In this document: positions 22,950-47,448 of the stretch, one piece after another
Numbering within the stretch: the stretch's first letter is position 1
Layout of the letters: each line of letters begins with the position of its first letter
Assembly (NCBI GenBank): GCA_002269645.1
Contig: NIVC01000201.1
Coordinates: forward strand, 727,734-791,733
Length of the DNA: 64,000 nt
Reading direction: 5' to 3'
DNA from: Macrostomum lignano
Lineage: Eukaryota
Notes under the pieces: model-generated
What the model was told of the DNA's origin: nothing
What the model saw: only the letters and a program-made list of their open reading frames with translations
Database searches by the model: none
Program-made: the position numbers and the translations under genes

Positions 22950-25900
22950 CTACAGACCAGAATCCTGAAGCTGGTATCTGAGTGAGTGCATTCGAAACAC
23001 GAGGGCAGAAACGTGCTGCGCTATCTGTTTCCATATCTCTGTCTCGTTAGACCGCTTCTTGGCCACCGCCAGGAGGTCCTGAAGGCCCGGGAACCCGGCC
23101 GAAATTTCCGTCTCCTCCGTCTGGGAAGAGAACACCAGATTTCGCAGCGTCTTGTCGCGCAGCAGAGCTCCAGGATCCGCTAGCGTCTGCATGACCCGCA
23201 TCCGACGATCGTTGAAGCCGCGCACCGACATCGGATCGATGTCCTCACTGCCCGCGTCGATGCGCTCCTGCAGCTGCTGCACTGCCGAGCCAAGCCGGGC
23301 GCTCTCAGCCTCCAGAGCTGTCAGCGCGCTATCAAACTCTTTCCAAGTGTCGTTCACGTACTTGTCGTACTTGGCCGCGCTCGCGGGCCAGCCCCACTGC
23401 GACGGTGGAGTGGCAGAGTTGAAGCGATTTCGAATGTTCGCAATCAAAGCGGCCTCGTCGTACGGGAGAAGCCAAGTTTCGGACAACAGTCGCAGCATCT
23501 CAACGCCCCAGATGGCCACCTCGCCGTGAGCTCGCAGGCCAGGATCGATAATACTCTCCATCACGGGCAGCGTTTCGTACATCGAATGATACAGCGGGTA
23601 GTACGAGCTGTACTTCGGATCGGCCACGTAGCTCGCATCGATAATCGGTACTGCAGCCGTCTGTATGAAGGCGGAGTAGTCGCTGGAGCCAATCGGAACG
23701 CTGAGCTTGTAGTCTTGGTCTAGCCAGCGTCTCTTAAACTCCTCGAACATGGTCCCGCCGTCCTGGGCCGGCAGGTTTTTCAACGCCTGCAGGGCCGCCT
23801 CCTGGAGCAGTGGGTCTGCATTCGTACGAATTGAGTAGTTTCCACGCACTGCGATGTCGATGTTGATGTAGGCTACCACTTTCTAGACAAGGAAGTAAAG
23901 AATGTGGGACAGCTTCCTGTTTGTGTACGCTATCATTAGCTCCTGTACTCTAAACAAATTCTTAAAAAGAAGTTTCCTCATACCTCCCTAATCTGCGGAA
24001 GGCGATCTTCCACCCATTCCCAGCTGCCGGTGATGCCCTGCTCCTCGACGTCCCAGCTACACAGAAGGATGCTGCGTCGCGGTCGCCAGCCGTCAGAGTA
24101 GAATTGGCCGAGCATTCTGGCAATTTCCAGCAGCACCGCGCTGCCACTGGTGGCATCGACCGCCCCGGCACCCCAAGCATCGCGGTGATTGCCAAGAAGG
24201 ACGTATCTGTAGACATTGCAAGTAAAAAACATCCCATTATGCCTGTAGGCTCTATTCAGGGGGAATTCACATTGTTAATTGAGCATTATACTACTACAAA
24301 CGAAGCCTTTTTAGACCTGTATCCGTTTGTTTGCTCATTAAGTCTAATACAGTAAGCTTCTCTGTGAATCGGTTCGAGAATATATCGCTGTGAACTGCGT
24401 CTGAAGTGTTGCCATGCGAGTCTACCTTTAGGCACAGTTAATTACGAGTGTAGTCTATCACTACAGCTATATCAGCTTTGATTAACTATTGCAAGCTTGT
24501 AAATACCAAGCATTACTCGCAGCGGCGAAGTGTGACGGAGAACTCAAATTATTATCAGACTCCCGAACCAAAAATGGTAAAAACCGCACATTTGGAACCA
24601 ATTAAAAGTCAAATCACCTGTCCGGTTCCAAGTCGCCTTTCATCTCCGCGAACACATTCACCGCGTTGACACCTTCCAAGATTCGATTATTAACAACTAG
24701 TCTGGCATGATCCACGCCAGGTGCAAAGCTGCCTCCAGCTCGATAGTCGATGGGCAGGCCGCCCTTTACGTACGAGCTGATGTTGGCGCCCTCGAGTACG
24801 CCCAGCAGCTTCATGGCGTCTCCGTAGCCAACGGGATAGCCTGGAATCGGGGAGAAGACCGGCGGATCCGTTTGCTGTTTGATTTCGTCGAATTCGTCGC
24901 GATAGGCGAACGGCAGCGAGGGATAGGCGGGCGTCTGCGGGTCGGCCTGGCGCATTTTGGCGCTGCCGCGTTGAACGCCAGTGGGCGGCAGCCACCAGGA
25001 GTTCGGGTAAACGTCATCAAGCCTGCCCGGCACCGCCCAGCCGTCGGCAGGGTCAGAGTAAACGATGCCACCAATGCAGCCGTAGGCGGCCGCGTTGACA
25101 AGTTTCTTGCCGCGACCGACGCCACCGTAGCGCATGAGGGCGATGGCGCCGCTCAGAGTGACGTTCAGCTGCTGCAGATACTCAAAGTCGCGCTCTTTGC
25201 CGTAGTTTGCGAATACGACTGGACCAGAGACGTTTCCCGAGGGCGTGAAGGAGAGGATCGGTGGCACCTGTCAGATTGAGCGTGGGTAGCAGGAATGAAT
25301 ATACCGGTAAATATATAAATAAATATTTGAATTGCGGACACCCAGGCGCAACAACTTCGGTGACATCGTCCTATAACCAGTGGTCAGATCTCTGCACATT
25401 CGCATGCCTCAGTAATGAAAGAAATCAGGACGATGGCCGCTACATCAAATTGCAGGTAGCAATTTGATGTAGCGCTTCAAAAGTTACAAACCGACTTGAT
25501 GTGGAAAGTGGAAGCTCACAAGATAATAAAATTCTCATATTTTTAATAACTGCCCCTGCCGCCCAATCGGGATTTCCTGGTTTGGAACTTTTTATTCCTA
25601 CGCTCGTAAAGCAAGGCGGAGGTGGGCAACAGATGTCACAAGAGGTGCTATGATCGATTTTGCATTTATCCAAACATCACCAAGGCCCACCTGGTCAGTA
25701 AGGTTGAGCTTCACCAGTTCCTTCTCCTGCCTCTGACTCTCCACCACGGTTCCATTGGAATAGACAATGGTGAACAGGGACTCGCCCTGCCCCACCGTCA
25801 TGCCCACCGGCACTGAGTAGTTCCGGGTGAACACCTCAAAGCCCGGCAGGCCGCTCAGCACGTCCCTGAAGTAGTCGGCGGTGGCCTGGTGTCCCGGCGT

Positions 25901-26164
25901 GCCGGCAATGTGCGGTCGCGACGCCAGCGAGCTCAGGTGCCGTCCGATTTCGTCGCGCCGGACGGCGGCCCGCACCGACTGGCCGGTGAAGCCGCGCTCG
26001 TGCCGGCCGAGAGCTCGGTAGCGGTCGGCCAGAGCCTGCAGGCCGGACGTGTCCGGTGGTGGCCGAGCCGCATAGCCAATCCAAAAAAAGATCAGGGCGA
26101 TGAGCAGTCCGCCACCGATAGCGGCTCCGATCAACAGGCGCCGGCTTTGACCGCTTTGTCGCAT
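22950..26164 (-). CDS. Glutamate carboxypeptidase II / NAALADase-like (M28B); exons 26164-25691, 25267-24618, 24206-23984 and 23882-22950, ~759 aa
   Basis: N-terminal TM helix; HIAGT; PA domain VFANYG...RYG..GRGKK; zinc and catalytic motifs [23 protein letters not shown] and YPLYHS; all introns in phase. Confidence 0.93.
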
Positions 26165-27075
26165 TTTTTCACCTGGCAATATTGTCTGCTACTGGTAGGT
26201 ATGAGTATGCAACAACCTGCTGGCTGATCTAGAGCAAAAAAACAGCACAGAAGTGACTCCATTTTGTCATTCTGTTTATACTTAGGTTGCGCGGCTGCTT
26301 CAATCGAACTATATGGCGACTGATAAGCAAATGCAGAGCGCAATTGACTCGAATTTCGTTTCAGAGGGTCTTATTTGAGATTCTTACCTCTATAGCCAAC
26401 TCTTCGCCATAGCAATTCTCTCTTACAGTATGCCGGCTTGGTGAAAATTTCAGTATTGCGTTCTAAGGTTCTGCTATCTTGAGCCAGGCTAAAGTGACAC
26501 AGAAGCAGATTTCAATGTGAAACAGACATGAATATTAATATTTATTATAGCTATCGACAGTTTTTATCTCATTAACAATCTTTAACTGTTTTTTCCACAG
26601 CTAATTTTATTTCAAAGAGAAGCCGCAATAGTCCGTATTAAAGTTTAGTGTAATTTTGGACGCGTGGTTGATTCTCGTAGTTTTCTGTCACGTTTTCTTC
26701 ACGAAGCAACGATAAGATGGAATTGAATAACTTTAAGGCTCGGTCAACTCCTGACTCTCCACCACGGGTAGACCTCGTAAGAGCAGGTGCTGTACCTGTT
26801 TTAGACAGTATCCTTAACTGCACAAAATTTCTAAAACTAGCGACAGAACATTAAAATGACGTCGCCCAAGCTGAAGCGTACAATGGTAGGACCCGTACAA
26901 TGGTAGGGCTATGGTAAGATGGTAAGATGCTATTTTAAGAACTTCCTGTTTCTACCATAGACAGTAGTTTAGTTCTACTTGTGCAACACTAGAAAACTTT
27001 CAAGAAGACACCAGTTCAAAAAGAATTTTTTATGAATGTCCGTATTTCAAGCAGCTTAGTTTCCTGACACTAGCA

Positions 27076-28262
27076 ATGTCAAGCGTCTCCCTTGAGTGCT
27101 ACCAGCTCATGCTGCTGTCTCTGAGGCTACTGCCCTCCTTCTTCATCATTTGCTTTGGGGCCGTCGTCTTCATGTTCCGGATCGACATGGGCTTGTCCAA
27201 AACTGACTTGGACACGATTACTCAGTTCCTGACCAAGGACTACTCCGTCATCCACGGCGTGAACCTGGGAAAGCCGCTGTTCTGGACCACCATCGGTCTG
27301 GTCTGCTTCCTGCTGTGGATCGCCTTGCATCTCATGCTGCTGGTGCTGCTGCAGATTGCCGGCGTAGAGAGGCCCGCCGCTCTCATGAGGTTTTACCCAA
27401 ACTACATGTCGCACAAGCTGAAGAGACGCCGGGCTGTCAGCGACACTGCGAACTTTATCTACTTTGCTGGCGCGATCACCTTTGTCGTCAGGTGAACGAG
27501 TCTGTCTGTCTGTCTGTCTAGATTGTATCACATAATGGTACCGCCCGGTTTTGGCCAGAATGCTCTATTTGACCTTTTGACTTTTTGACCGCCTGGTCTT
27601 CTCTGGGTGACTCTACTGTCTGACACCCAACCCGCAGCCTGGCCATCGGCCTGTGCATCTGCCTCAGCGCGCGCCGCGACATCACCGATGCCAAGAAGGT
27701 GAACTTGGCCGAATCGATTCGCAAGGCCATGCTGTCATTCAAGCTGAAGCCATGGCAGGGCGTGAACAAGACTCAGCGGCTGATTGACAACATTCAGATG
27801 AGCTTCGGCTGTTGCGGGCTTAACAGTTACCATGACTACGCGCTGGAGCCTCGCCAGACTGGCGTCTCCTGGGAGCGACATTTTTACGATCGCAGCATGG
27901 CGGCCGTGGCGGCTGGCCTGCAGCAGGGGAAGCACCTGGTCGCCAGGCCGCCTGCTCAGTCGTGCTGCCTCCAGACCGACACAGGGAAGCAGCTGAATTG
28001 CACCGTTGGCGACGCCACTGAGGAGCGTTCTGGAGACCCCGCAGTCGATGTGGCGGCTGTTGCCAAGAGCTCCAACAGTAGCGGCGCCGGGACCGGCGCA
28101 GTCAGCGCACGGAAGACCATGAAGCTGCACAAACTCGGCTGCTACATCCGGGTGCTGCAGTACATCCGGCATCGACAGGCCGAGGCTGAGTACTGGAGCT
28201 TCGTCATCGGAGCCTGCATAGCCGCCATGGGCTCCATGGCCTACTGGGCCCAGGCCATGTGA
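27076..28262 (+). CDS. Tetraspanin, peripherin/RDS-like; exons 27076-27491 and 27638-28262
   Basis: Hydrophobic TM segments; large loop IDNIQMSFGCCG, PAQSCC and GCY; phase-2 intron joins in frame. Confidence 0.8.
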
Positions 28263-28902
28263 TCCAACGCCACCACTTTGTTAATTATCACTTCCTAATA
28301 GTAAAACTTTTGATTACTTGAAGAAATCTAAGATTAAAATGCATTTTTAGGTAGATTATTTAAGGTTCTCAACGTTAAGTTAACTTCTTTGAAGACCAAT
28401 TGAAATATGAATATTTTGACGTCACTTCAACGACCTGTTAGGAAATAAATATTGGAGCTTATATATTTATGCAAGCGCGTTGCTATCTGCTCGAAAAAAA
28501 GTAAATCAATAATAGTTCTGAAAAATCACCAAAAAATAGCCTTATTCTTCGATTTGACCGTTTCCAAAAACAATAACACAACAAAAAACACAGCATTTTC
28601 TCAAAACAGCGTCACAAAATCCGGGGCGTCAGCCAGCAGGCTCTCTACTAATGCCGAGTGCGCGCCTGTCCTTGCCGGTAGTGCGCCGTCACCGTCAGCA
28701 GCACCTGTTCGGTCTGAGGGCTGTGCGACGGCGCGGATGATGCGGCCTGTCAGCTGGAGTGGCCGACGGCTCAACAGGTCGCTTGGACGCGACTGAATGA
28801 GGCGAGAGTTGACACTAAATCAAGTACAGATCGAAGCATAAGCCATCTGCAAGTTTAGCCTTGTTCTGCTCTTACAGCACTCAGGACAGCACAATAAGTT
28901 TT

Positions 28903-29229
28903 GGGGGGGGGGGCTGTGCTCTAATGGTCAGAGCGTCGGACTCACGACTTGAAGGTCGGGGGTTCGATTCTTGATCCCACAGGAACGCTTTCTGTCCCTG
29001 AGCAAGACACTAAGGCATTGCCTTAGTTCGCCCAGTTGTTAAATGGGTGCCAGCATTAGCTGGGGTGATTGAGGCTGTGTGTGGCGACCCCCCAGTCCTT
29101 GGACTGAACAGCCGTACGCAGCCTTCGGATGCGCCGCGCTATAGCTGCGGCTGAGCTGTCGGTTGCAAATCTGGCCTAATTGAGGCTTTTGTAATCTATT
29201 ATTAGATCTATTATTACTATTATTATTAC
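28903..29229 (+). mobile_element. tRNA-derived SINE
   Basis: A box TGCTCTAATGG and B box GGTTCGATTC, followed by a central CCCTGAGCAAGACACT...TAAATGGGTGCC segment typical of V/Meta-type SINE bodies and a (TAT)n tail. Confidence 0.8.
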
Positions 29230-29727
29230 TGTCGCCTACACAATTCAACAGTGTTGGAACTTATAAAGATTTTCGCGCAAAATCGAGAGATATTTACTTG
29301 AATTGATGGAGGCCTGAATGAGTCTAACCACACTCATTTTTATTTATTACAATTGTACTCGAATCTGTGTGTACATCAGTAGAGTTGCATGGCAAAGACT
29401 AAGAGACCAAGCCACCCTCCTGGTCACGAGACCATTGTCACTGCGCTGTTTATCAGAACGTTTGTGCTCACTGGGGCCGCCGACTGCCTCATACACACGG
29501 TTGCGTGTTTTATCGATAGATAGCTCCATGAAGCAGTGCGGTTACGTCACTGTGCAGACGGGCAATCTCGCCACGCTGTCTAATAGCATAGGGGCCTATC
29601 GTGTACGCGCTACACAGTTCCAAATGAGTATAAAGGCGCTGGACAGCTGACTTGCCGATTGGATCTAGCAAGTTGCATATTTGACTCGTCACTGTTTGCT
29701 GAGACAACGAGAATCTTTATATTTGGA

Positions 29728-32560
29728 ATGTTTCTGTTGGGCATCGGGCTGCTGTGCCTGACGCTTTCTGTGCCCAGGGCTGCACCAGCTCGACAGGAGT
29801 CCGAGGTGACTGCACCGGCCGCAACAACTGCACCTGCTGCTGCTTCGGGTTACAGCTCTATTCAGGTAGAATCAAGCACAAATGCACCAGCTCCAAATGA
29901 GTCCAGGTTGACTGCACCGGCCGCAACAACTACACCTGCTGCTGCTTCGGGTTACAGTTCTATTCAGATAGAATCAAGCACAAATGCACCAGCTCCAAAT
30001 GAGTCCAGGTTGACTGCATCGACCATACCTGCACCCGAAACTACTACATCATCTGACAACTCTGCTTGGAAAGAATCAACCACAACTGCACCTGCTGCTG
30101 CATCAATTCAATTTGAGTCCATGTTGAATGACGCATCGACTACAACTGCACCAGCAACTCTACCAGCTCATAAGTCTACTTTGAGAGACTCTACCAAAAT
30201 TGTACCTGCCACTGCATCAACTCGAGTTCAGTCCAATTCGACTACTCCAACCGACAATACTGAATCAGCTGACGAGTCGTCGTGGACAAAATCAACTGCA
30301 GCTGCTCCTGATGCTGCATCGGCTCGGTTAGAGTCCGACTTCACTGCATCAGCCACAACTGCGCCTGTTGCTGAAAGTGCTCACGAGTCCACTTCAACAG
30401 CGGCACCTGTTTCGTCGTCTTTCACCATAGCGAAGCCCCATCGGGGTGAAAGTCTATCGAGTCCGACAGCGGAGGCCACGGGTCGCTGCGGCCTGCTAAT
30501 TCGCAGCAACCTGTACCGGTGCAGCGACCGGCCCAACTGGTGGCTGTCAAAAGCCGACCTGAACGAGTTGAAACTTCGGCTGCTTGCGGGCCAATCGGAG
30601 ACCATCTGCTGCCGGGACTGGCGGAATCAGGCCATCTATTCGAACCTGAACCAGCACTGGGACAGCGCGGCTGGCTCCCGGATGCGAATCAACTGCCCCC
30701 TGGCACTGGCCACCAGTCAATCTTCCCTTGACAACGCCTTGACAACAGTTGTGACTGGCTCGGAGCTGCACTGCTACAATCTGTGCAACACAACCTTAGC
30801 CCTGGGCGATGGCGGGCGCACGCACTATAACTTGTTCCTGCCGATCCACTATGCGCCCGTCAAATGTCAATGGCGACTCAAAGGCGTGAGTAAAGTCGTC
30901 ATCAGGTGAGCAGTCAGTCATTCTTTTTAGATGCTGTATATGAGCTTGCAGACAATACCGGTGTTACCGAGTGACAATATGACCGAGTGACAAAATGACC
31001 GAGTGACAATATGACCGAGTGACAATATGACTGAGTGACAATATGACCGAGTGACAATATGACCGAGTGAAAATATGACCGAGTGACAATATGACCGAGT
31101 GACAATATGACCGAGTGACAATATGACCGAGTGACAATATGACCGAGTGAAAATATGACCGAGTGACAATATGACCGAGTGACAATATGACCGAGTGACA
31201 ATATGACCGAGTGACAATATGACCGAGTGACAATATGACCGAGTGACAATATGACCGAGTGACAATATGACGCAATACAAAGCATTAACCGTCAATAAAC
31301 ATAATTTTCAGCAAGAGCCAGCTGCAGGCCTGGGATCAGCTTCGCCCGTTCCTGTGCCTGTCGGACGCGACTCGCCTCGGGGCTTGCGGTTCGGAGCGCG
31401 CATCTGGTCAGGTGTATCCGCTGACCAGCTCGGCAACTGAAGTTCTGCAGTGCCGCAGTGGCGACTGCCTTCTATGGTACGATTGGAGATCGGCGATCGC
31501 GTCTCAGCGCCGGTTTGACTTTCGCAGCTTAAAAGTGGAGCTTTTTGGCAGGGCTGCAGTGAGTTTTTGAGATTTTCTGTTTAAGTTTCCGCTAACTGCC
31601 TGCATTGTCTACGGGTCTTCTGGTGCGCCCCCTATGGCACCTCTGTAACTCTGCACCTCTCTGTCCCCTATTTGGACATCTCTTGGCATTGATGCCAATC
31701 TGTTTTCATGCCCTCAAAAAGTACACCAAATACCCGACAATTGAAATTGCTCCTTCCTTGCTAGCTAGTGTTAGTAATAGCCACTGCACTTACATTTGGG
31801 GAACCTTAGCGACTTTCGAATAAAAGTACACAAGGTTCGATTCCGTGAGCGGCCACATTTATTTGGGGCCAGCGCGCAGGGACCATTGATCACGATTGAG
31901 GTTTTTGTGCGGTTCACCCCCATGAGGGCCAGCCTCGTGCTCTGGGTCAGCGGATTGGAGTGTGTGCTGGCCGACCGTCGCTTTGATCAGCCTCAGGCCT
32001 CCTGAAAACTGGCCCAATAGCCGCTAAATTCGCCTCCCACCCAGCCCACTTCCGGACCAGAGGCGCCCGCTCTGCCGCAGCAGCGAACACCCCGGCCAGC
32101 CTCTCTGACGACTGCCGCAACACCGACAGCAGCCGGAAGCCGCCCAGCCGGCCCGCCCTCACAGCCGCCGCTGCCGAGGTCCTCGGAGAAATTCCCGCTG
32201 GAGTTCCGCGTCACCCGCGGCGTGATGGCCGGCGTCACGGCTGCCGCGGTGGCGCTGATCTGCGCTGCCGCCTGCATCTGGGGCTGCCGCAGCTGGCACT
32301 ACCGCATGTACAGCTCGCCGCTGCGCCGCCTCCTGGGCCGGACGCCGCTGCACCGGCTGCCGACCTACTCCAGCCGGCTGTTCGACCTCGAGCAGCTGCG
32401 ACTCGACCAACCGTGCAGCGCCAAGGAGGCGCCCGACGCTTCCGAAGCCACGCCTTCGTCGTCGGATGAGGAGGACGTCGATGAAGAGGAAGACGACGGG
32501 GTGGAGGAGATCGACATGATGATGGAGCTGGTCGCGGGTGAGGTTCCGCGTCGGGCTTAA
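29728..32560 (+). CDS. Type I membrane protein: signal peptide, mucin-like S/T/A/P region, Cys-containing (CUB-like) module, TM and acidic tail; exons 29728-30905, 31312-31558 and last exon ~32021/32165-32560
   Basis: MFLLGIGLLCLTLS signal; internal TAPAATT..GYSSIQ duplication; in-phase splice sites; TM VMAGVTAAAVALICAAACIW. The middle exon structure at 31800-32160 is uncertain. Confidence 0.7.
30965..31270. repeat. Minisatellite, 16 bp unit (CCGAGTGACAATATGA)
   Basis: Intronic tandem array. Confidence 0.95.
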
Positions 32561-33443
32561 GTCTCGTCTCGTGGCCTTTGCGGCGGTGTGCGGTTCAAGA
32601 TTATTTTGCTGATCTTCGTTTTGAACAATATTGCGTCCCATTGATTCATTTAATCCCGTTTAATCCCAAGTTTAATCCTAGGGCCCGATTATCCATTTCT
32701 TGATTCTTCTGGGTTGTTTAATTACTGTACAAAACATTTGAGGTTGATCTATTGCAATAAGATTATAAGCCAATTGATTTACTTTATTGCATTGTTTAAC
32801 ACTTAATCTTGAGTACCACTGTTCATTTTTAATCTAATTTAATTTTTGTTTGATTTCTCACTTTTTGAAAGTATACACTAAACTAAAATTCTTAAACTAT
32901 TTTCAAGATCTCTTGTTTCTTCACCTCTGGAAAAGAAGATGTTCAAACTGGCGAAAATTGGTTGTTATAATGCACAGAAAACTGGCGAAAATTGAAATGA
33001 AAGAAGAGAAAAAATTCATGCATTCAGTTCTATTTATTAAAATGAAGACCGCCAATAAAGATGTAAAAAACTAGTTGCTTATCTAACTTTTAGGGAGATT
33101 CTGACAAGCAGAAGAAAATAAAATAATGAGCTTAAGCTAAATAGACAGTAGCTAAAAGTCATTCTTGGATCGTATCTAATTTGCAAGATTAGTGGGATGA
33201 AGATTTAAAAAAATAATTAATCGAGAAATTCTTTGTAATAAAACAGACAGACAAACCGGCAGCCTGTAATTTTCATAATTTTGTGCAGATGCAGCTCGCA
33301 GAGAGAATAAAATAAAAGCATTAACAAAAAATTTCAAAATCTTTTGTTTTTTGTCACTTAATTTTCACGCAAACGTTTTTAAGCAGAATTTTTTGTTAAT
33401 CTGAAGAAATTTTCACTTTTCAAATCGCCCTGCGACTCTAAGC

Positions 33444-33815
33444 CAGGGGTCGGCAAGCTCTGGCCGGCGGGCCACATGCTGACCGCGAAGCCTCTGTCCG
33501 GCCCTCGGGTCCTTTGAAACTTCACGATAGCAATCCGGCCCGCTCAAGGTTTGTCTCTTCTCAGGTGTCTTCTCTCCAATCTCCTCTCCCGCCTTTCTCC
33601 TTTCTCCCCTCCTCTCGCCCCTCTCTCCCCTCCTCTCGCCCCTCTCTCCCCTCCTCTCGCCCCTCTCTCCCCTCCTCTCGCCCCTCTCTCCCCTCCTCTC
33701 GCCCCTCTCTCTCCTCCTCTCGCCCCTCTCTCCCCTCACCCCTCGTATCTACTTCTCTCTGGCCCAGTCTTGCGCTAGAACTGGCCCTTAGGTTAAAATA
33801 TTTAGCCAACCGCTG
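33444..33815 (+). mobile_element. hAT (Charlie-like) MITE, 372 bp, with an internal CT-rich 21 bp repeat
   Basis: Left end CAGGGGTCGGCAAGCTCTGGCCGGCGGGCCAC, right end TTAGCCAACCGCTG. The 8 bp TSD CTCTAAGC/CTCCAAGC matches 7/8. Confidence 0.75.
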
Positions 33816-33944
33816 CTCCAAGCAACCACTAAAGCAAACAAAAGAGATGTATATACTCGTATTTTAACAAAAATGTCGTTTTTAATTTGCTAACTTACGA
33901 GCTATAAAGAAACAGAATTTGTAGAAAAAAGTTCAGACGGTACT

Positions 33945-44426
<10,482 letters not shown>

Positions 44427-44664
44427 GGCAGCTGGCTCGGAGTCGCTGACTGAGAAATCTGTTTCAAAGCACAGAAGTGTCGGGCAGCGCCAGCTCTTTT
44501 CCAGGCTGCTGCCGAGCTTTTCTACCTTCGCTCACTTCTGGCTGGCCCGTCTGATTGGCTGGTGGGAGCTGGGCAGGGCTGCTGCCCTCCCCGTGCACTC
44601 TAACCGGTTTTTGGGTCTCCGGTGCACTCTTAGTGCAATCGGCGGAAAATTGGATAAATTTCTT

Positions 44665-45600
44665 CGTGGGCGCCCCTGTCTCTTGATGGGTGCCTCTGTA
44701 TTTTGGTGGGCGCCCCTGTCTCTTGATGGGTGCCTCTGTATTTTGGTGGGCGCCCCTGTCTCTTGATGGGTGCCTCTGTATTTTGGTGGGCGCCCCTGTC
44801 TCTTGATGGGTGCCTCTGTATTTTGGTGGGCGCCCCTGTCTCTTGATGGGTGCCTCTGTATTTTGGTGGGCGCCCCTGTCTCTTGATGGGTGCCTCTGTA
44901 TTTTGGTGGGCGCCCCTGTCTCTTGATGGGTGCCTCTGTATTTTGGTGGGCGCCCCTGTCTCTTGATGGGTGCCTCTGTATTTTGGTGGGCGCCCCTGTC
45001 TCTTGATGGGTGCCTCTGTATTTTGGTGGGCGCCCCTGTCTCTTGATGGGTGCCTCTGTATTTTGGTGGGCGCCCCTGTCTCTTGATGGGTGCCTCTGTA
45101 TTTTGGTGGGCGCCCCTGTCTCTTGATGGGTGCCTCTGTATTTTGGTGGGCGCCCCTGTCTCTTGATGGGTGCCTCTGTATTTTGGTGGGCGCCCCTGTC
45201 TCTTGATGGGTGCCTCTGTATTTTGGTGGGCGCCCCTGTCTCTTGATGGGTGCCTCTGTATTTTGGTGGGCGCCCCTGTCTCTTGATGGGTGCCTCTGTA
45301 TTTTGGTGGGCGCCCCTGTCTCTTGATGGGTGCCTCTGTATTTTGGTGGGCGCCCCTGTCTCTTGATGGGTGCCTCTGTATTTTGGTGGGCGCCCCTGTC
45401 TCTTGATGGGTGCCTCTGTATTTTGGTGGGCGCCCCTGTCTCTTGATGGGTGCCTCTGTATTTTGGTGGGCGCCCCTGTCTCTTGATGGGTGCCTCTGTA
45501 TTTTGGTGGGCGCCCCTGTCTCTTGATGGGTGCCTCTGTATTTTGGTGGGCGCCCCTGTCTCTTGGTCGGCGCCCCCGTCTTTTGGTTGGCGCCTCTGTC
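44665..45600. repeat. Minisatellite, perfect 40 bp unit (TCTTGATGGGTGCCTCTGTATTTTGGTGGGCGCCCCTGTC)
   Basis: About 22 identical copies. Confidence 0.97.
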
Positions 45601-47448
45601 TCCTAGTTTGGCTGCTTCTTCCCCTCGGTCCTTCAGTTGAGTTCAGCGGACTGACAGCAGTTTAAACAGATTGGTTAATTCATTCGGTTGGTAGTTCGCA
45701 GTCTCAGTCAGAGCAGCGAATTCGACCCTCTCGCCCAAGCTGCATCTGATTCGGTGCTGCGGACTGATAAACTTTACAGATCACGCGGCTTATTGACCAA
45801 GAGCGACTGCGGGATTTAATCGACAATTTGGCCAACTGTGAGCTGCATGTGCTCAAACAATCCAATCCTAAATTGAATTCATCGAAAATTAAATTATGTA
45901 CGACAGTATTAAATAAAAAAGTAAGTGTACCAGCATTCTTCAAGTCCACTTAAAAGTACATCAATTGAAATCAACCCGGGATTACTCAAGTAGAATGCTG
46001 CACTTTCAAATCTTGCTAGAAAATGCATTGGCGAAACGGCAAGTCCAGTTTTTAGAGCTAAATTTCCGGGATCCCACATCTCGCCTTCTGGACTGGCGCG
46101 AATTCCAAATGAAGCAGAAAAGCGTTTTGTCGGAGATGCAACCAAACCAATATTTTTTCCTGAAATGCAACTGGAAACCGGCAAGCAAGCAGAGTTCTCG
46201 CAGAACTTCAGCTGCTCTTGTTGCTTCAATCGTCTACTCGTATGAACAGACCTCATTGATTGCAACGCAGAAAAGCAAAAACCTGTTTATTAGAAACGCC
46301 ACTGCATTTCAAAAGAATTGATACCCTCCGATATCACCTCAAGAAAACTTTTCCCAGCAAAAATCATATATGTACTTTCTTTATTAGACTTTCTGAAGTC
46401 CAAAGTCAATCCAAAAGACTGGCGACCCTTTAAACCCATGTTCTAATTGCATGTAATTAATGAAGCACTATGATAGATCACAGAATGCAAATCAGTCAGT
46501 AATATGACCCATTAATTAAAGCCAGGCAAGAGACCAACCTACTTAATCAGACCGAAACTCATCTGAGCAGCACCCTGATGACGCATAGATTAGGATCGTT
46601 CTTAGTAGGAAGAACTAAATCAGTAAGCCAGTTCGTCCTGTTTCCATCAATCAACATCTGTCTGCCAATTGAAGAACACAGCGCTGAAATCACAGAGCAA
46701 ACAGCTCAGAGACAGCGACCGCTCTTGTCATTAAATCAGCAGAGGGCAGAGTACACGCAGCCGCGCCACGACTACTGGTTTGATTCCATGCGTGGCCACC
46801 CTCATTTGTGCAGCTTGCAGTACATGAAAATCGGCCCAGGGTCGATGTGCCATTCACATTACTCGCGAAGGCCAACCCCTCCCCAAGGTACAGAGAGTGT
46901 ACAGGTACATGGCCCACAATTAGAAAATCAGGGCTGCTTCACACCCTGCGTGAGCGTGTGTACGAGAGCGTGCCTGCATACAGTATCCGCGCGCTTGTGT
47001 GTGCTCATGGGCAGAATTACCCCAGCTTCTGGTTGCTCGACGATGCCTCCGAATACGTTGTGCCAGGGTGTCCATGCACAGCCTTCCAGCGAAAAATGTT
47101 ATACACTCAGCAACATGCTGAGGTTTCCACCCGTAAATCAGTGGTCAACAAGTGGAAGCTTTAATCCAACTCTAAGCCATCTACACTCTCTCCTTACCAA
47201 GCTTAGGCTAATTACATCACCCAACTTTAACACAGTTGAGACGAGAACGCGGGCGTGTGGTGTGAATTGCATCTCTTAGGGCAAGGATCTGAGAAAAGTT
47301 GACCACTGGTTTTGCAACGGAAGCTTTAACATCCGCCATCCCGGACCCGGACCCAGTGCGCCTGAGCGAGAGTTGGAAAACCTTGCGTCATTTGCATTGC
47401 CGTGATCTGAATTGGGCCGATGCTCGATGCCCTAGGGTGGCGGTTTTC

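Noticed and set aside
45704-46321. Overlapping short ORFs as a possible transposase relic
   Set aside because: I recognise no catalytic motif, TIR or consistent frame; a profile search would be needed.
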